50,375 nucleotides of DNA from assembly GCA_013215525.1 (NCBI GenBank), contig JABSQY010000005.1, forward strand, positions 1-50,375. The letters are read 5' to 3'. Shown piece by piece: positions 30,014-39,376 of this stretch (positions are counted from its first letter, which is position 1; each line of letters begins with the position of its first letter). Position numbers and translations under genes: made by a program. This stretch comes from Nanoarchaeales archaeon. GTDB taxonomy: Archaea > Nanobdellota > Nanobdellia > Woesearchaeales > UBA583. A model generated the notes under the pieces. It had not been told where the DNA came from, did no database searches, and worked only from the letters and a program-made list of their open reading frames with translations.

Positions 30014-30355
30014 TTATTTATCTGACCAAACTGCTAGTTCATTTCCTGATGGGTCGATGAATTGTAATCTGTGTCCTCCTGGAAATGAAAAGATATCCTT
30101 AGATATCTTACCATTAGAATTTAGTATTTTTTCTTTTATTTCTTTAAGTTCTTTGTAAAATAATACAACTAATGCACCGTTTATAATTTCATCTTTAGTT
30201 TTTTCAAAACCACCATAAATTCCACTATTTGAAAAACTTGTATACTCTGGTCCATAGTCTGTAAATTTCCAGTTGAATACTTTTGAGTAAAATACTTTTA
30301 TTTCTTCAAGATTGTTTGCTTTAAATTCTATATAATTTATTTTATTGTTTTCCAT
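30014..30355 (-). CDS. VOC/glyoxalase-family protein
   Basis: 113 aa with the typical beta-alpha-beta-beta-beta start (INYIEFKANNLEEIKVFYSKVFNWKF) and C-terminal FIDPSGNELAVW. Confidence 0.65.
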   Translation of the reverse strand: MENNKINYIEFKANNLEEIKVFYSKVFNWKFTDYGPEYTSFSNSGIYGGFEKTKDEIINGALVVLFYKELKEIKEKILNSNGKISKDIFSFPGGHRLQFIDPSGNELAVWSDK

Positions 30356-30400
30356 AAATTTTGAGAAGTTTTATAAGTTATAATATTTTGTTTTATATTT

Positions 30401-30874
30401 ATGAGACGTGACACGTTAACTGGATATTTAATTGTACTTGTCGGAGATGATAATGATTTATTTCGAGATGAGATTTCAAATTTAGGAATTGCTAATTTAA
30501 TTTTTGATACAACTGCAATACCAACACAACAATTAGTTGATGAAAAAAAATATAGGTTTGTAACACCTGAATTATTTAAAGAAAAATATTTCACAGAGGA
30601 TTATTTATTTAAATGGGATACAGTGCAAGGTTCTTTTGGAATATTTAAAAATACTGTGTACAATGCATTACGTAAAGGACAACATTTAGTTTGTTCTTTA
30701 AGTTTTGATAATGTTATTGGATTTATTAATAACCGAAAAGTTCCAAAGAAAAATTATATTTTAATTAATTGTACAAATAGTGGAGAAATTCCAAAAGGTT
30801 TTGATGAATATTCTTTTGATTTTACTACGTCAAACATTGATGAAATTTGTAAAATTGTTAAAAGACATATTTAA
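30401..30874 (+). CDS. Guanylate-kinase-like protein lacking a P-loop
   Basis: YRFVTPELFKEKYFTEDYLFKWDTVQGSFGIFKNTVYNALRKGQHLV parallels the GK core (YHFVS.eeF......fLE.a...gn.YGT). The N-terminal GxxGxGK is replaced by LVGDDNDL. Confidence 0.4.
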   Translation: MRRDTLTGYLIVLVGDDNDLFRDEISNLGIANLIFDTTAIPTQQLVDEKKYRFVTPELFKEKYFTEDYLFKWDTVQGSFGIFKNTVYNALRKGQHLVCSLSFDNVIGFINNRKVPKKNYILINCTNSGEIPKGFDEYSFDFTTSNIDEICKIVKRHI

Positions 30875-30956
30875 TTCATATTTTATTCTGTTTAATATTG
30901 TATGATTTAGTTTTATTAGAGTTAAGTTTATATATTATAAATACTATATTCTATTT

Positions 30957-31403
30957 ATGGTAAAAAAAGAAAATATTAAATCTACTACGCCAAAGAAGAA
31001 AAAAGGGTTTCAAGTTTTTATTTGGAATTCTAAAATCCATAATGCATTTATTGTGTTACTTGTGGTTTGTGTGTTTTTGTTATTTGGAGCTATGAAAGTA
31101 CAAACACTGTATATTCATCAATTAAAGACTGACATTATGTCAGATAGAAGTGAAGCTTTTGATTATGAGTATGATGTGATGCTTGCTGAGGATTTTTTAG
31201 AAAAAACAGAACTTGATTCTTTAAGTATTGCTGGTATGGTTAAATATTATACAGATAATAATTATGAAGATATTTATTATAATGCCGGATATGTTGAAGC
31301 TACTCTTGATCAATGTGGTGATAAAGGTTGCTTTAGAGTTACATACAGATATAATCAAAATAAGGGATTATATATTGATGTGTTACAGAAAAGAATTAAA
31401 TAA
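30957..31403 (+). CDS. Hypothetical single-pass membrane protein
   Basis: 148-aa ORF with a basic N-terminus and one TM helix. TATA-like TTTATATATT lies ~27 nt upstream. Confidence 0.45.
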   Translation: MVKKENIKSTTPKKKKGFQVFIWNSKIHNAFIVLLVVCVFLLFGAMKVQTLYIHQLKTDIMSDRSEAFDYEYDVMLAEDFLEKTELDSLSIAGMVKYYTDNNYEDIYYNAGYVEATLDQCGDKGCFRVTYRYNQNKGLYIDVLQKRIK

Positions 31404-31452
31404 TTCTTTTTATTTTTATTATTTTATAGTTTTAATTCTCTATAATTTTAAA

Positions 31453-32640
31453 TTAAAGTTCTTCTCTTAGTTTTCCTAAATAAATTGCGGACACAATTCC
31501 TATTGCTAATAAAACTGAAAATACTTGTTTTGAATCTCCAAAAAAGTATAATACTATTAATAAAATCGTTCCCATAATTACTTTTGCACTATGAATTCCT
31601 AATTCTCTTAATATTACATAATCCATTGGATTTACATTTTTTGCGTTATTATAAAATATTGACATAAAAGTTATTCCAAATACTGAATTTGTAAGTTTTG
31701 TAATTGTTTCAACTATATAGATTAAAATTCCACTAAATGTTAATACTAATATTCTTAGTATCCAGCCAAAGGATTTTAATTTAGATGTTTTTGTTAATAT
31801 TGATCTTTTTGGATGATTGTCAATATATTTTTTAAAGTATACCATTAAAAAAACACTAACTATTGATACAAAGGAAAATAAACTTCCTAAACTTAAAAAG
31901 TTATTTGATAATAATGTATATAACAAAATTGGCCAAAATCCCATATTTAAAAACCCTTCAATTCCTTCTGCAAAAAATGCTTTAAATGGTGTTTTAAATC
32001 TTGGCGTTTTATATAATCTTATATAATCTGAATATTTATATTTATGATTTTTAATTTTTAAATCCTCTGCAAATAATAATGGGATAGATCCGATTATAAT
32101 GATTATTAGAGATAATATTAATAATGAAGTTAATGATACAAATTCTAAATAATATCCACCAATTAGTGGCGCTAGCGCTGATACAATAGTAATTATTATT
32201 TGTAGAGTTCCGATTTGACTAGCTGAATGTTTTTTGTTTGAGTTTGCAATAATTTCAGAGTGCATTGCTGGCCAGAAAATTGCCATATGTAGTCCATAAG
32301 ATAACCAAGATATGTGAAATATTATTAAACTTGTATCAATGTAGTTTAGTGTTGCGATGTGAAATAGATATACTGGTACGCTTAATAAAAGAGAATATTT
32401 GAATCAGATTTTATTTATTATTTTACTTGTGTGTGGGATTAATACTAAGTAACTAAATGATATTGCAATTATAAAAAATATTACATATGAAAATGAATAT
32501 CCTAAAGAGTATATGTATACTGGCGCAAATATTCCAATTAATGATTTTACAAATGTTAGTAATGCTTGAAAAATATATAACTTTGACATTTTATCATGGA
32601 GAAGTTTATGAGTTAATGTCTCGTGTTCGTGGTGTAACAT
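31453..32640 (-). pseudogene. MFS-type transporter paralogue 1, interrupted by a single in-frame TGA (32404-32406)
   Basis: ORFs 32404-32640 and 31453-32286 are in the same frame. My hand translation of 32287-32403 is open and collinear with paralogues 2 and 3 (FKYSLLLSVPVYLF.. versus MKYTLLLSSPFFF..). The TGA replaces the GGA Gly of INKIG. Confidence 0.7.
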
Positions 32641-32714
32641 AATATTTTTTAATTTTTTTTGTTTTTAAGAATTAGTCATTTATATATAAAAAAACTTTTA
32701 GTTTTTTAATAAAT

Positions 32715-32799
32715 CATTTCCAAACCAATAGTTTGGTAAATTGAAATTCACAAACTCCAATGGATTTTGGAATATACTGAAATTAAAAATTTCAGTATA
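32715..32799. repeat. Intergenic hairpin-rich repeat unit between MFS paralogues (copy 1)
   Basis: Contains the hairpins CCAAAC-caata-GTTTGG, TCCAA-tggatt-TTGGA and TACTGAAATT-aaa-AATTTCAGTA. The last overlaps the stop codon of paralogue 2. Confidence 0.8.
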
Positions 32800-33988
32800 C
32801 TTCGTTCTCAATAATTGAATTTAAACCTATTGATGATATAATTCCAATTAGTACTAATAATGTTAAATTTGAAAAACTATTTTCTATAAATGATAAGATT
32901 ATAATTAATATAAAACAAAAAATAACTTTTGCCCCATGTAAATATAATACTCTTGTAAGTAATGCTTCTATAAAATTTTTACTGTTTGTGTTATTATAAA
33001 AAATTGATGTGAGTGTCATTGTTGAGATATTTGAGATTAGTTTTGAAATACTTTCAACTACATATAAAAATATTCCTCCAATTGTTATAAAAAATATTCT
33101 TGATAACCAACCTAGAGATTGAATTCTTGATGCGATTTTTAGTACTTTTTTTTTAGAGTGTTTATCAATATATGATTTTAATTTGATTAACACAAAGATT
33201 GTAACTATTGATAATCCAGTATACATTAATCCTAAACTTGCAAAGTTATTATTTAAAAATATATAAAGTATAATTGGCCATAAAAATACTGAAAGTGTAA
33301 CTTCAATTCCTTCACACATTTGTGTAATTTTAGTTTTTCTGTTTGTTTTTTTTTTAATTAATTTTAAGTAATCTTTATGATGAAAGTTAATTTTTGGAAT
33401 TTTTGTATCTTTAGATAATAGTAATGGTAAATTAGAAACAACTAAAAAAAATGTTGTAAAGATTAATAATTTATTATATGTTAAGTATTCTAAAAAAATT
33501 CCTCCAATTACTGGTCCAATTGTTGTAAGTATTGTTGAAATTATTTGAAGAGTTCCTAGTTCGTTTCCTCTTGATTTTCTACTTCCATTATTTATTACTT
33601 CACATCTAAATGTAAACCAAAATAGTGCGATATAAAATCCTCTTGATAACCAAAGTATATGAAAAAAAATTGGATGAGTTGTGATGTATTGTAATGATAA
33701 TAATTGTATGAAAAAAAATGGTGAACTTAATAATAATGTATATTTCATTCCAATTTTATTTATTATATATACAATCGCAGGCGCTATAATTATGAAAGTT
33801 AAAGAGATTCCTAATGCAAATAATAAAATCATACTTATGCTGAATCCCAAAGAGTAAAGGTATACTGACATAAATATACTTACAAGTGAACTTACAAATG
33901 ATGTTAGTGCTTGATATATGTAGAGTTTTGACATTTTTGAATGCAGAAGAGTGTGTGTTAGTTCTTGCATTGCTGGTGAGTGTAACAT
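32792..33988 (-). CDS. MFS-type transporter paralogue 2
   Basis: 398 aa, ~12 hydrophobic helices, MFS motif-A-like IINKIGMKY after TM2. Collinear with paralogue 3 throughout. Confidence 0.75.
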   Translation of the reverse strand: MLHSPAMQELTHTLLHSKMSKLYIYQALTSFVSSLVSIFMSVYLYSLGFSISMILLFALGISLTFIIIAPAIVYIINKIGMKYTLLLSSPFFFIQLLSLQYITTHPIFFHILWLSRGFYIALFWFTFRCEVINNGSRKSRGNELGTLQIISTILTTIGPVIGGIFLEYLTYNKLLIFTTFFLVVSNLPLLLSKDTKIPKINFHHKDYLKLIKKKTNRKTKITQMCEGIEVTLSVFLWPIILYIFLNNNFASLGLMYTGLSIVTIFVLIKLKSYIDKHSKKKVLKIASRIQSLGWLSRIFFITIGGIFLYVVESISKLISNISTMTLTSIFYNNTNSKNFIEALLTRVLYLHGAKVIFCFILIIILSFIENSFSNLTLLVLIGIISSIGLNSIIENEVY

Positions 33989-34046
33989 AATTATTTTTAC
34001 TTTTAATTGTTTTTAATAGTTTAGAATTATTTTATTATAAAACTTA

Positions 34047-34185
34047 TCACAAACTCCAATGGATTTTGGAATATATTGAAATTAAAAATTTCAACTAAAC
34101 TCATTTCCAAACCAATTGTTTGGTAAATTGAGATTCACAAACTCCAATGGATTTTGGAATATATTGAAATTAAAAATTTCAATAT
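34047..34185. repeat. Intergenic hairpin-rich repeat (one partial plus one full copy)
   Basis: The ~48-bp core cacaaactccaatggattttggaatatattgaaattaaaaatttcaa occurs at 34047-34094 and 34135-34184. The ccaaaccaattgtttgg module lies at 34100-34134. Same family as 32715-32799. Confidence 0.8.
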
Positions 34186-35375
34186 ATTTCGTTTTCAACA
34201 ATTGAATTTAATCCAATTGATGATACCATTCCTATAAATAATATTATTGTTAAGTTTGAAAAGTTTTCTTCAATCATTAATAATATTATTATTAATATTA
34301 TACTTAATATTATTTTTGTTCCGTGCATATATATTGTTCTTGTTAAAAGTGCGCGCATAAAGTTTTGACTATTTGTGTTATTATAAAATATTGATGTGAG
34401 TGTAATTGTTACAATGTTTGTGATTAAGTTTGCAAAAGTTTCGATTAGAAATAAGAATACACTTCCAAAAATAGTTAATATTGCTCTTAGATACCAACTT
34501 ATTGATAACATCTTTGAAGCTTTTTCTAGTACTTTTTTTTTAGATATTTTATCTATATATTTTTTAACTTTAAATAATGCAACTACAGTAATTAGTGAGA
34601 TTATTGTATATAATAATCCTAATACTGCAAAGTTTTCTTTTACAAATACAAAAATAATTATTGGCCAAATAAATGTAGATAATAATAATTCAACACCTTC
34701 TGCAACGTGTGAGATTTTACTTTGTTTATTAGTTTTTTTTCTAATTAAATCAATATAGTCTGAATGTTTAAATTTAATTTTTAAAAGTTTAATGTCTTCA
34801 GATATCATAAGAGGAACATTTGATAGTATTAATAGAAAAGTTCCAATTATTAAAAGGTTCCAATAACTTACATATTCTAAAAAGACTCCACCAATTATTG
34901 GAGCGACTGCGGTTAGTAATACTACAATTGTTTGTAATGTTCCTATTTGCTTTGTTCTATTTTCTCTACTTGAATTCATTATTACTTCTGCTTTAAATGA
35001 TATCCAAAATAGTGACATATAGATTCCTTGCGAAAGCCATAAAATGTGAAAAAATAACATGTTTTGAGTTATGTATTGTAATGATATTAAGTAGATAATG
35101 TAGAATGGTGTACTTAATAATAATGTATATTTTAGTCCAATTTTATTTATTATAGAAATTACAAGTGGCGCAGTTATTATGTATGTTGAAGAAATTCCAA
35201 TCGCGTATAATAGAATTAATATTATACTAAAATTGTTATGGTATAAATATACTGGAACAAAAATTCCTACAAGAGATGTTACAAATGCTACGAGCGCTCT
35301 GAAAAAATAAAGTTTTGTCATTTTATTTTTTAAGAGAGTTTCGTGTAGTAGATGTATGTGGGAATTGTGTAGCAT
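34179..35375 (-). CDS. MFS-type transporter paralogue 3
   Basis: 398 aa, collinear with paralogue 2 (IINKIGLKYTLLLS, GTLQ..., C-terminal NSIVENEIY). Confidence 0.75.
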   Translation of the reverse strand: MLHNSHIHLLHETLLKNKMTKLYFFRALVAFVTSLVGIFVPVYLYHNNFSIILILLYAIGISSTYIITAPLVISIINKIGLKYTLLLSTPFYIIYLISLQYITQNMLFFHILWLSQGIYMSLFWISFKAEVIMNSSRENRTKQIGTLQTIVVLLTAVAPIIGGVFLEYVSYWNLLIIGTFLLILSNVPLMISEDIKLLKIKFKHSDYIDLIRKKTNKQSKISHVAEGVELLLSTFIWPIIIFVFVKENFAVLGLLYTIISLITVVALFKVKKYIDKISKKKVLEKASKMLSISWYLRAILTIFGSVFLFLIETFANLITNIVTITLTSIFYNNTNSQNFMRALLTRTIYMHGTKIILSIILIIILLMIEENFSNLTIILFIGMVSSIGLNSIVENEIY

Positions 35376-35494
35376 ATATTTACAAAATTTTATTTTTATA
35401 TATCTTTTTAATTTTTATTAAAATGACAACTGTAAGGTTGCAATTTCCAATTAAAATTAATAAAGTATTTAAAGTATAATTAGATTATATTAGT

Positions 35495-35839
35495 ATGGTA
35501 GATTTTAGTAAAATTATGCATCATTTTCATATTAGGAAAAGGGTACATCAAAAATTGGAAAAGTTTCCAAGTACAGATTCTAAAAAAAGATTTTTAGATA
35601 AAATTATTTATTTTGTTGGAGTTTCAGGTCCAATTATGACAATCCCTCAAGTGTGGGAGATTTATTCTAAACATGATGCGACTGGAGTTAGTTTAGTGTC
35701 ATGGGGTTGGTATTTGGCGACTGCTTTTGTGTGGTTAACTTATGCAATTGTTCATAAAGAGAAACCGTTAATTATGACTTATGCGTTATGGATTTTAATT
35801 GAAATAGTTTTAGTAGTAGGGATAGTTTTATATTCTTAA
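35495..35839 (+). CDS. SemiSWEET / PQ-loop family small transporter
   Basis: 114 aa with three predicted TM helices and a PQ motif in the first (GPIMTIPQVWEIY). Confidence 0.55.
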   Translation: MVDFSKIMHHFHIRKRVHQKLEKFPSTDSKKRFLDKIIYFVGVSGPIMTIPQVWEIYSKHDATGVSLVSWGWYLATAFVWLTYAIVHKEKPLIMTYALWILIEIVLVVGIVLYS

Positions 35840-35870
35840 TTTTTTTATTTTTAATAATTTTTTAATATTT

Positions 35871-36040
35871 TTTCTCGCTGTGCGAAGTTTCCATATTGTG
35901 CCACTAGTACTATTTTTTAGTAGGTTGGCGAGATATAGATTCTACACCACCATACAAAAAAACTGCACTATTGACAAAATCTGAAAACGAAATTAAAATT
36001 AATCTAAAGTTAGCTATCGCTATGTTTTTATTTATTTTTT
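35871..36040 (+). ncRNA. Structured repeat element, copy A (divergent 3' module)
   Basis: 5' bulged hairpin TTT-ct-CGC-tgt-GCG-AAG. Closing stem CACTAGT/ACTATTG. Central hairpin GGTTGGCG-aga..tct-a-CACCACC. CTGAAAACGAA box. Terminal hairpin TAGC-tatc-GCTA plus T-run. Confidence 0.45.
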
Positions 36041-36069
36041 AAAAATTAGTTTTGTAAAATATATTATTT

Positions 36070-37026
36070 TTATTTTACAAGTTTAAGTTTATTACATAAA
36101 CTTTTCAAATCGCTTGTTAATGGTGCTACGAATTTGTGTTCTTTTCCATCGTATTCAAACTCTAATGTTTGCGCGTGTAGGAATTGTCTTTTTAAACTAT
36201 TTTCAAATACTTTGTTAATGTAATTATTACCATACATTTTGTCAGCAATGATTGGATGTCCGATTGATTTCATGTGTACTCTGATTTGATGTGTTAGTCC
36301 AGTTTCGATTTGAATCTCTACCATTGTTACTGTTTCTTCTTTGAATTCGTATTGGTCAATTACTTTGTAGTGTGATACAGATTTTTTTCCACCAGTTGGT
36401 ACAATTTTCATCTTTTCTTTCATTCCTTGTTCGTTTCTTTCCATTTGAACTTCAATAGTTCCTTCTGGATTGTCGAATTGTCCATCACATAATGCTAAAT
36501 ATTTTTTTGTAACTTTTCTTTCAGCGAATATCTTATTTAATTCTCGAAGTGTGATTTGGTTTTTTGCGCAAACTAAAACTCCTGATGTGTCTTTGTCTAG
36601 TCTGTGTACGTGGAAGTAATTAAAATCTTTAATGTCTCCTTTTTTATTTTTTAAGTATTGTAGGTGTAGTGATAATGATGTGTCGTTGTCTTGAGCTCCT
36701 TGAACTACAACACCTGCCTGCTTGTTTAGGATTAATAAATTTTGATCTTCATATATTGTATCAATTCCTAAATTTTTAGCTTCTTGGTTTTCTTCTGTGT
36801 TTACAGTTTGGTTTGCGCTTCTTAATTCAATGTCATCAAGCCAGCACTTTAACACGTCACCAGTTTTTAATTTAACTTCTCCTTTGATTTTTTTACCGTT
36901 TATTGTTAATCTTTTTTCTTTGATTAGGCGGTGTACCTTAGTGAATGGTACGTCTATCATTTTCTTTATGTAGCCCTTTGGGGATACTCCTTCGTAGTCT
37001 TTTGTTATTGTTATTTCGAATGCCAT
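36070..37026 (-). CDS. RluA-family pseudouridine synthase with N-terminal S4-like domain
   Basis: Catalytic motif HRLDKDTSGVLV, plus THQIRVH. 318 aa. Confidence 0.88.
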   Translation of the reverse strand: MAFEITITKDYEGVSPKGYIKKMIDVPFTKVHRLIKEKRLTINGKKIKGEVKLKTGDVLKCWLDDIELRSANQTVNTEENQEAKNLGIDTIYEDQNLLILNKQAGVVVQGAQDNDTSLSLHLQYLKNKKGDIKDFNYFHVHRLDKDTSGVLVCAKNQITLRELNKIFAERKVTKKYLALCDGQFDNPEGTIEVQMERNEQGMKEKMKIVPTGGKKSVSHYKVIDQYEFKEETVTMVEIQIETGLTHQIRVHMKSIGHPIIADKMYGNNYINKVFENSLKRQFLHAQTLEFEYDGKEHKFVAPLTSDLKSLCNKLKLVK

Positions 37027-37112
37027 TTTTATTATTGTTTAAGATTATCTTTGATAATCTTGCTATATATTAAAAAGAATACTTTTATGTTTAAAAGTGT
37101 GGTGTTTTTATG

Positions 37113-37292
37113 TTTTGCTCCTTGCTTTGCAGAGTTTCCATATTTGTACTATAGCACTAAAATTAAGACACAATTCGATATAGCAATGCTATTAATCGAG
37201 TGTCTGAATTTCAGCACTCTAGCACAAATCTGAAAACGAAGTTTTAATTGAGGCGAAAATTGGCTTCGCGTGTATATCTGCCTTTTTGTTTT
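37113..37292 (+). ncRNA. Structured repeat element, copy B (alternative central hairpin)
   Basis: 5' hairpin CTC-ct-TGC-ttt-GCA-GAG. Closing stem ATTTGT/ACAAAT. Central long hairpin AGACAC-aat-TCGAT-ATAGC-aat-GCTAT-ta-ATCGA-g-GTGTCT. 3' module AATCTGAAAACGAAG..GCGAA-aattggc-TTCGC..GCCTTTTTG. Confidence 0.55.
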
Positions 37293-38322
37293 ACTTAGTA
37301 TATATTTTCTTTTTCAGATTTTCATAGATTCCTTTTGTAAATTGTATCCAATTGTAATTTTTATCTTGAACTAATAAATCATAATGTATAATGTATTCTT
37401 CTGTATGTTTTTTGAATAATTCAATACTTGAATTTAATTCTTCTGGGTTTCTTGCGTTAAAATATAATATTAAATCGTAATCTCCAATAAAGTTTCCAGC
37501 ATAAAATATGTTTTGTAATTTTAAGAAAGGTTTCTTTAATATCTCATGTGGCGTGTTCTGTTTAATTCTTACTAATAAAAAATAAGTTACAAAACCTTGT
37601 TTTGATAAGTTTGGAATTGCTCCAAAATTAATTATTACTTTTTTTTCAATTAAATTTATAATTTTCTTTTTAACAGTATTTCTATCTATGTTTAATTCTC
37701 TACTTATGTTAATTAAAGACTCTTGTGGGTTTTGTGATAATATGTTTAATATCTCAATTTCTTTTAATGTTGGGTTATACTTTACAAAATCTTTTGATAC
37801 TGGAAAACTTTTTGTACATAATATATTACTAAATGAATGGTCTAGTTTTTTTTGAAACTTTGTATTTAAATTTAGAATTGGATTTAATTGCGTAAACTCT
37901 AAATCTGATAAATGCGTTAATATAATATATTCTTTTATTTTATTTTCACATAATTCAAATAGTTCTTCACGGATTTTATTTAAATGAAAACTATCTGTTG
38001 CATCTAGTATTATTTGTAAATCATATCTTCCAATAAATGAATTTGTCCACATAACATATTTATGTTTTGAAATTAGTTTAATTATGTCTTGCTTATTTTT
38101 AACTCCAATATCAAATCTTAATAATATGTGGTATCTTGTAAATCCTAAAACTCTTGAATCTATAAATAAAATGTTTTGTTTGATGTGTTTTTGTTTAATT
38201 AAATTATTTATTTTGTATGAAATTGTATCTTTTGATAATTTTAATGCTTTTGCAATTGTTGTAGTTGGAATTCTACAATTTTGAGCATATATTTCCATGA
38301 TTTGTAGGTCTTTTTTATCCAT
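37291..38322 (-). CDS. Tandem Lrp/AsnC-like transcriptional regulator (two HTH plus ligand-domain modules)
   Basis: Two repeats of the Lrp-type HTH (DLQIMEIYAQNCRIPTTTIAKALKLSKDTISYKINNL and EIEILNILSQNPQESLINISRELNIDRNTVKKKIINL), each followed by a ~70-aa domain. Confidence 0.7.
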   Translation of the reverse strand: MDKKDLQIMEIYAQNCRIPTTTIAKALKLSKDTISYKINNLIKQKHIKQNILFIDSRVLGFTRYHILLRFDIGVKNKQDIIKLISKHKYVMWTNSFIGRYDLQIILDATDSFHLNKIREELFELCENKIKEYIILTHLSDLEFTQLNPILNLNTKFQKKLDHSFSNILCTKSFPVSKDFVKYNPTLKEIEILNILSQNPQESLINISRELNIDRNTVKKKIINLIEKKVIINFGAIPNLSKQGFVTYFLLVRIKQNTPHEILKKPFLKLQNIFYAGNFIGDYDLILYFNARNPEELNSSIELFKKHTEEYIIHYDLLVQDKNYNWIQFTKGIYENLKKKIYTK

Positions 38323-38417
38323 TATTAGAATATTGTTTATTATATTATATAAATATTCCTCATTTTGATTAAATATGATTAATTGGTTTCTTATATTGTT
38401 TAGTACTCTTATTATTT

Positions 38418-39086
38418 ATGGAAATACAAAAAAACTTAATTGGAACTGTTTTTAAGACTGGATATAATGTTTTTAATGAAAAAGGATGTGTTATTGTTGG
38501 ATTAAGTCAAGGGAATTCTTATTTTAAAGTTGACTTAATTAATAATTTGTTAAATTTTTGTAAAAATAATTTTTCTTTTGTAAATATTATGAATGCAGAT
38601 AAACCTTCTATTTATACATACTTAGCTTTAGGACATAGTTTAGAAAAATCTGTTAAAAAAGCAAATAAAAATGGAAAATTATTAACTAATCATTGTAATA
38701 AGTTTATATCAAAAAGTTTAAGTTCAAAATTTAATTTATTTGATTGGGGAGTTGAAATTGATTCAAATAAAATTTATCAAGATGAATTAAAGAGATTAAA
38801 AGTACTTTTTGAATCTAACTTAAAATTTAAAGATGATGTTTGTAATACTACAAAATCTGTTTTAGAAAATAAAATACTTGATGTTTCTAAATTAGATTTA
38901 GGAATTTCAATTGGTGTTAATTATTTATTATGTGAACTTGCTTTTTTGTCAGTTTCTTGTGACTTATTTGGGATAGATAAAATTGCTTATATTTATCATA
39001 ATAGGTGGGAGGTGTTTGAGAACTTTGTGAATGGTGTTTATGATGGGAAGATAAATAAACATATTGGTTTTATTATTGTTAGGTAG
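38418..39086 (+). CDS. tRNA-dependent cyclodipeptide synthase (CDPS), NYH subfamily-like
   Basis: Collinear by eye with AlbC/YvmC. VGLSQGNSYF matches GIS(A/P)(G/F)NS(Y/R)F (catalytic Ser plus Asn). GVNYLLCELAFL matches NYVLAEAPLF (Tyr-x3-Glu). AYIYHNRW matches LCYH/LAYHRPW (Tyr-His). IGFIIV matches the C-terminal QGYLIV. 222 aa. Confidence 0.8.
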   Translation: MEIQKNLIGTVFKTGYNVFNEKGCVIVGLSQGNSYFKVDLINNLLNFCKNNFSFVNIMNADKPSIYTYLALGHSLEKSVKKANKNGKLLTNHCNKFISKSLSSKFNLFDWGVEIDSNKIYQDELKRLKVLFESNLKFKDDVCNTTKSVLENKILDVSKLDLGISIGVNYLLCELAFLSVSCDLFGIDKIAYIYHNRWEVFENFVNGVYDGKINKHIGFIIVR

Positions 39087-39100
39087 GCTTGTTTTTATTG

Positions 39101-39280
39101 TTTTGCTCCTCACTTTGTGGAGTTTCCACATTTGCACCAATGCACCAATTTTTTGTAGGTTGGCGAGATATAGATTCTACGCCACCGTACAAAAATTCGG
39201 CACCTTGATACAAATCTGAAAACGAAGTTTGATTTGAGGCGAAAATTGGCTTCGCTGTGTATGTCTGCCTTTTTGTTTTT
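39101..39280 (+). ncRNA. Structured repeat element, copy C (full length)
   Basis: 5' hairpin CTC-ct-CAC-ttt-GTG-GAG. Closing stem ATTTG..CAA / TTG..CAAAT. Central hairpin GGTTGGCG-aga-tatagat-tct-a-CGCCACC followed by GTACAAAA. The 3' module is nearly identical to copies B and D. T-run terminator-like end. Confidence 0.55.
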
Positions 39281-39376
39281 GTTTATTCGAATATATTTAT
39301 AACTATCTAATTATATTCATTTTGTTTGACAAGTTTTATATTATCTTTCCTTTACTTTGAAATAAATATGTTCAAA

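Noticed and set aside
36931-37233. 100-aa ORF spanning the RluA 5' end and element copy B, and the 60-aa ORF 40685-40867 spanning copy D.
   Set aside because: They run through the structured repeat elements and gene ends and show no coding-like composition. The conserved-hairpin explanation accounts better for the sequence conservation there.
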